Source: Candidatus Saccharimonadota bacterium
GTDB lineage: Bacteria > Pseudomonadota > Gammaproteobacteria > Enterobacterales > Enterobacteriaceae
NCBI GenBank assembly: GCA_041941765.1
Contig: CP145869.1
Location: forward strand, 120,001 to 152,000
DNA: 32,000 bases
Direction of reading: 5' to 3'
The stretch's first letter is position 1; every line of letters begins with the position of its first letter. Below, in pieces: positions 29,485-32,000 of the stretch. The position numbers were made by a program, and so were the translations under genes. The notes below the pieces were generated by a model. It did no database searches. It had not been told where the DNA came from and was given only the letters and a program-made list of their open reading frames with translations.

Positions 29485-30684
29485 TTATTTTTTACTTTTA
29501 GTAAAAATAAAATCAATAATATTTTTAGTACTTATAAGAATCATTTCTTCATTTTTTCGATTTCGTTGTTTATATTCTACTTGTTCATTTTTTAAATGAT
29601 GATCACTAATAATAATTAGATGTGGAATACCTATTAAATCCATATTAGCTAACATTACACCTAAATGATCAGATCGATCATATAGAAGACTTTCTACCCC
29701 TTTTTCACATAACAAATAATAAATTTTTTCCGCCAGCTTTTTAACATGTATAGATTTATAAAAAAAGATAGGCAAAATAGCTACTTGAAATGGTGCTAAT
29801 ATTGTTGGCCATATTATACCTTTATTATCATGATGTTGTTCAATTACAGCTGCTATTAGTCGAGAAATACCTATTCCGTAACATCCCATAAAAATAATTT
29901 GAGAATTTCCATATTGGTCTTTTACTGTAGTATGCATAAGACGTGAATATTGTGTACCTAATTGAAAAATATGTCCTACTTCAATTAAAAAATTAGAAGA
30001 TTCTTCATTATCATTAATTTTTTTAGAAGGGTGATAATTTTTGCTAAATACTTGAAACTCATGAGATATAGTTCCTCCAATAGTACCAGTATCGGCTAGA
30101 ACTACACGATAATGCAAATTTAATTTTTGAAGTATTCTAATATAAGTACTATACATTATAGTATACATCTCTTCTAGAGATTCTTGACTTATATGAAATG
30201 AATAAGCATCTTTCATAAGAAATTCTCGTGCACGTATTATACCAAAACGTGGTCTAATTTCATCACGAAATTTCGTTTCAATTTGATATAAATTCAATGG
30301 TAATTGTTTATATGAATTCAGTTCCGTACGCATTAACGCTGTAATAATTTCTTCATGAGTAGGACCTAAGACAAAATTACGCTTATTACGATCAATAAAA
30401 CGTAATAACTCTAAACCATATTGATTCCACCGACCACTTTCTTGCCATAATTCAGCTGGTTGAACTAATGGCATAGAAATTTCTAAAGCACCTATTTTAT
30501 TCATTTCTTCACGTACTATTTGTTCTATTTTTCTTACAATACGCATACCTGTAGGTAACCATGCATATAAACCAGATGCTATTTGACGAATTAATCCGGC
30601 ACGTAGCATTAATTGATGGCTAATATTTTCTGTATTTTTTGGTTTCTCTTTTAATGTAAAAAGAATATATTGAGTAGTACGCAT
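29485..30684 (-). CDS. proS: Prolyl-tRNA synthetase, bacterial type, lacking the INS editing domain
   Basis: 399 aa from ATG 30684, which aligns with the E. coli start (MRT.QY.L.TLKE). Class II motif 2 (FRDE.RPRFG..R.REF.MKDAYSF), [17 protein letters not shown], motif 3 (GCYGIG.(S/T)R..AA.IEQ) and the anticodon-binding C-terminus are conserved. About 170 residues between HEFQV and EVGHIFQLG are replaced by a 21-aa linker. The track's 30702 start adds 6 codons. Confidence 0.9.
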   Translation of the reverse strand: MRTTQYILFTLKEKPKNTENISHQLMLRAGLIRQIASGLYAWLPTGMRIVRKIEQIVREEMNKIGALEISMPLVQPAELWQESGRWNQYGLELLRFIDRNKRNFVLGPTHEEIITALMRTELNSYKQLPLNLYQIETKFRDEIRPRFGIIRAREFLMKDAYSFHISQESLEEMYTIMYSTYIRILQKLNLHYRVVLADTGTIGGTISHEFQVFSKNYHPSKKINDNEESSNFLIEVGHIFQLGTQYSRLMHTTVKDQYGNSQIIFMGCYGIGISRLIAAVIEQHHDNKGIIWPTILAPFQVAILPIFFYKSIHVKKLAEKIYYLLCEKGVESLLYDRSDHLGVMLANMDLIGIPHLIIISDHHLKNEQVEYKQRNRKNEEMILISTKNIIDFIFTKSKK

Positions 30685-30723
30685 ATAAACTGTTTTATCC
30701 ATAAATACTAAATTATTTTTAAA

Positions 30724-32000
30724 TTAATCCGAATTTAATAATTCGACTAAATTGGCTGTAGCTTCTTCAGTACTAATGGGTTGTCGTTTTTTACGTCTCC
30801 GTAATCTATCTTGATGATAAGAATAACCAGTACCAGCAGGAATTAATCGACCTACTATTACATTTTCTTTTAATCCTCGTAGTTCATCATTTTTACCTGC
30901 TACTGCTGCTTCGGTTAAAACCCGTGTAGTTTCTTGAAATGAAGCAGCTGAAATAAATGATTCGGTTGCTAAAGATGCTTTAGTAATTCCTAATAAATTA
31001 CGTTCATAAGTAGCTTGAATCTTACCTTGTTTTTTTAATTCATTATTTATTATTTTTACTCTAGAATATTCAACTTGCTCTCCCTCTAAAAAGATAGAAT
31101 CTCCTCCTTTTTTAATTGTTACTTTACGTAACATCTGGCGCACAATAACTTCAATGTGTTTATCATTAATCTTTACTCCTTGTAAACGATACACTTCCTG
31201 TACTTCATTTGTAATATATTCGGTTACAGCATGTATCCCTCGTAATCGTAAGATATCATGTGGAGATTCGGAACCATCAGAAATTATATCACCACTTTGT
31301 ACATATTCGCCTTCAAGAACATTTAATTGTCTCCATTTAGGAATCATTTCTTCGTATGGTTTTTTCTTATCGTTAGTATTATTATCAATAGGGGTTATTA
31401 TTACACGATGTTTACCTTTAGTTTCTTTACCAAAAGACACTATTCCTTCAATTTCAGCTAGTATTGCTGGTTCTTTTGGACGACGAGCTTCAAATAGATC
31501 AGCAACACGAGGTAATCCTCCAGTAATATCTTTAGTTCCTACTGTTTCTTGAGGGACTCTTGCTAGAGTATCTCCAGAATTGACCCACATTTTATCTTCA
31601 AATTGAACAATAGCTTTACCCGGAAGAAAATATTGTGCTGGCATATCTGTACCAGGTAATAATACTTCTTTGCCATTCTTCTGTAAAATTTTTAAAGCTG
31701 GTCTTAAATCTTTACTTCCCGAAGGACGTTCTGCTGTATCTAAAATTACTATAGAAGATAAACCAGTTAATTCATCAGTTTGACGAATCATAGTTTGTCC
31801 ATCAATCATATCTATAAAATTAATTAAACCACTGACCTCGGTTATAATAGGCATGGTATGTGGGTCCCAATTAGATATTGTTTCACCGGCATGAACCATT
31901 TCATTATGTTCTTTAGTTAGAATAGCACCATAAGGTATTTTATAATTTTCCTTAGTACGACCTAATTTATCAATTATTTTAACTTCTACATTTCTAGATG
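30724..32000 (-). CDS. rpoC: RNA polymerase beta' subunit, C-terminal ~425 codons (5' end lies outside the window)
   Basis: My own translation of 31900-32000 shows the frame stays open to the window edge (..[36 protein letters not shown]..). [92 protein letters not shown] and [56 protein letters not shown] are near-identical to E. coli RpoC. Confidence 0.97.
   Translation of the reverse strand, partial: SRNVEVKIIDKLGRTKENYKIPYGAILTKEHNEMVHAGETISNWDPHTMPIITEVSGLINFIDMIDGQTMIRQTDELTGLSSIVILDTAERPSGSKDLRPALKILQKNGKEVLLPGTDMPAQYFLPGKAIVQFEDKMWVNSGDTLARVPQETVGTKDITGGLPRVADLFEARRPKEPAILAEIEGIVSFGKETKGKHRVIITPIDNNTNDKKKPYEEMIPKWRQLNVLEGEYVQSGDIISDGSESPHDILRLRGIHAVTEYITNEVQEVYRLQGVKINDKHIEVIVRQMLRKVTIKKGGDSIFLEGEQVEYSRVKIINNELKKQGKIQATYERNLLGITKASLATESFISAASFQETTRVLTEAAVAGKNDELRGLKENVIVGRLIPAGTGYSYHQDRLRRRKKRQPISTEEATANLVELLNSD

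Noticed and set aside
31154-31552. 132-aa plus-strand ORF antisense to rpoC, the longest unexplained ORF in the window
   Set aside because: It lies opposite one of the most conserved and relatively GC-richer parts of rpoC, where stop codons in the antisense frame are depleted by codon structure. It has no Shine-Dalgarno sequence, is Ser/Cys/Ile-rich, and resembles no family I recognise.

Overview
The window is a very AT-rich, densely packed stretch of chromosome. Hand counts on single 60-nt lines gave about 15-20% G+C in bamA and uppS and about 35-38% in rpsB and dxr. It looks like a reduced-genome, Enterobacterales-derived intracellular symbiont of the Buchnera/Blochmannia/Wigglesworthia type. 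I cannot name the organism from the sequence alone.

Every ORF of useful length is a recognisable housekeeping gene, and I aligned each by eye against E. coli orthologues recalled from memory. The order is: fabI (3' end), rnb, fumC(-), recB(-), sodA, fbp, tusE(-), tRNA-Ser(UGA), yqjD-yqjE-yqjK, rnpB (RNase P RNA), ahpC-type peroxiredoxin(-), tgt, map(-). The conserved block rpsB-tsf-pyrH-frr-dxr-uppS-[rseP remnant]-bamA-skp-fabZ-dnaE-tilS follows, and then proS(-) and the 3' part of rpoC(-).

I found no mobile elements, CRISPR arrays, phage or defence genes, toxin-antitoxin pairs, or any unassigned multi-gene cassette. I therefore do not see a novel 'system' in the usual sense.

What deserves a second look is reductive evolution:
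- rseP carries three independent lesions.
- ProRS has lost its whole INS editing domain.
- RecB has Asn at the position of the metal-binding Asp of the nuclease DYK motif.
- cdsA, lpxD and lpxA-lpxB-rnhB have been cleanly excised from the canonical cluster, while bamA, skp and fabZ remain.
- Convergent genes abut with 0-3 bp between them and no terminators.
- rpoC sits next to proS, a non-ancestral junction.
- A10 tracts lie inside two coding regions.
- None of the 27 stop codons inside the window is TGA.

All homology statements need confirmation by BLAST or HMM searches.
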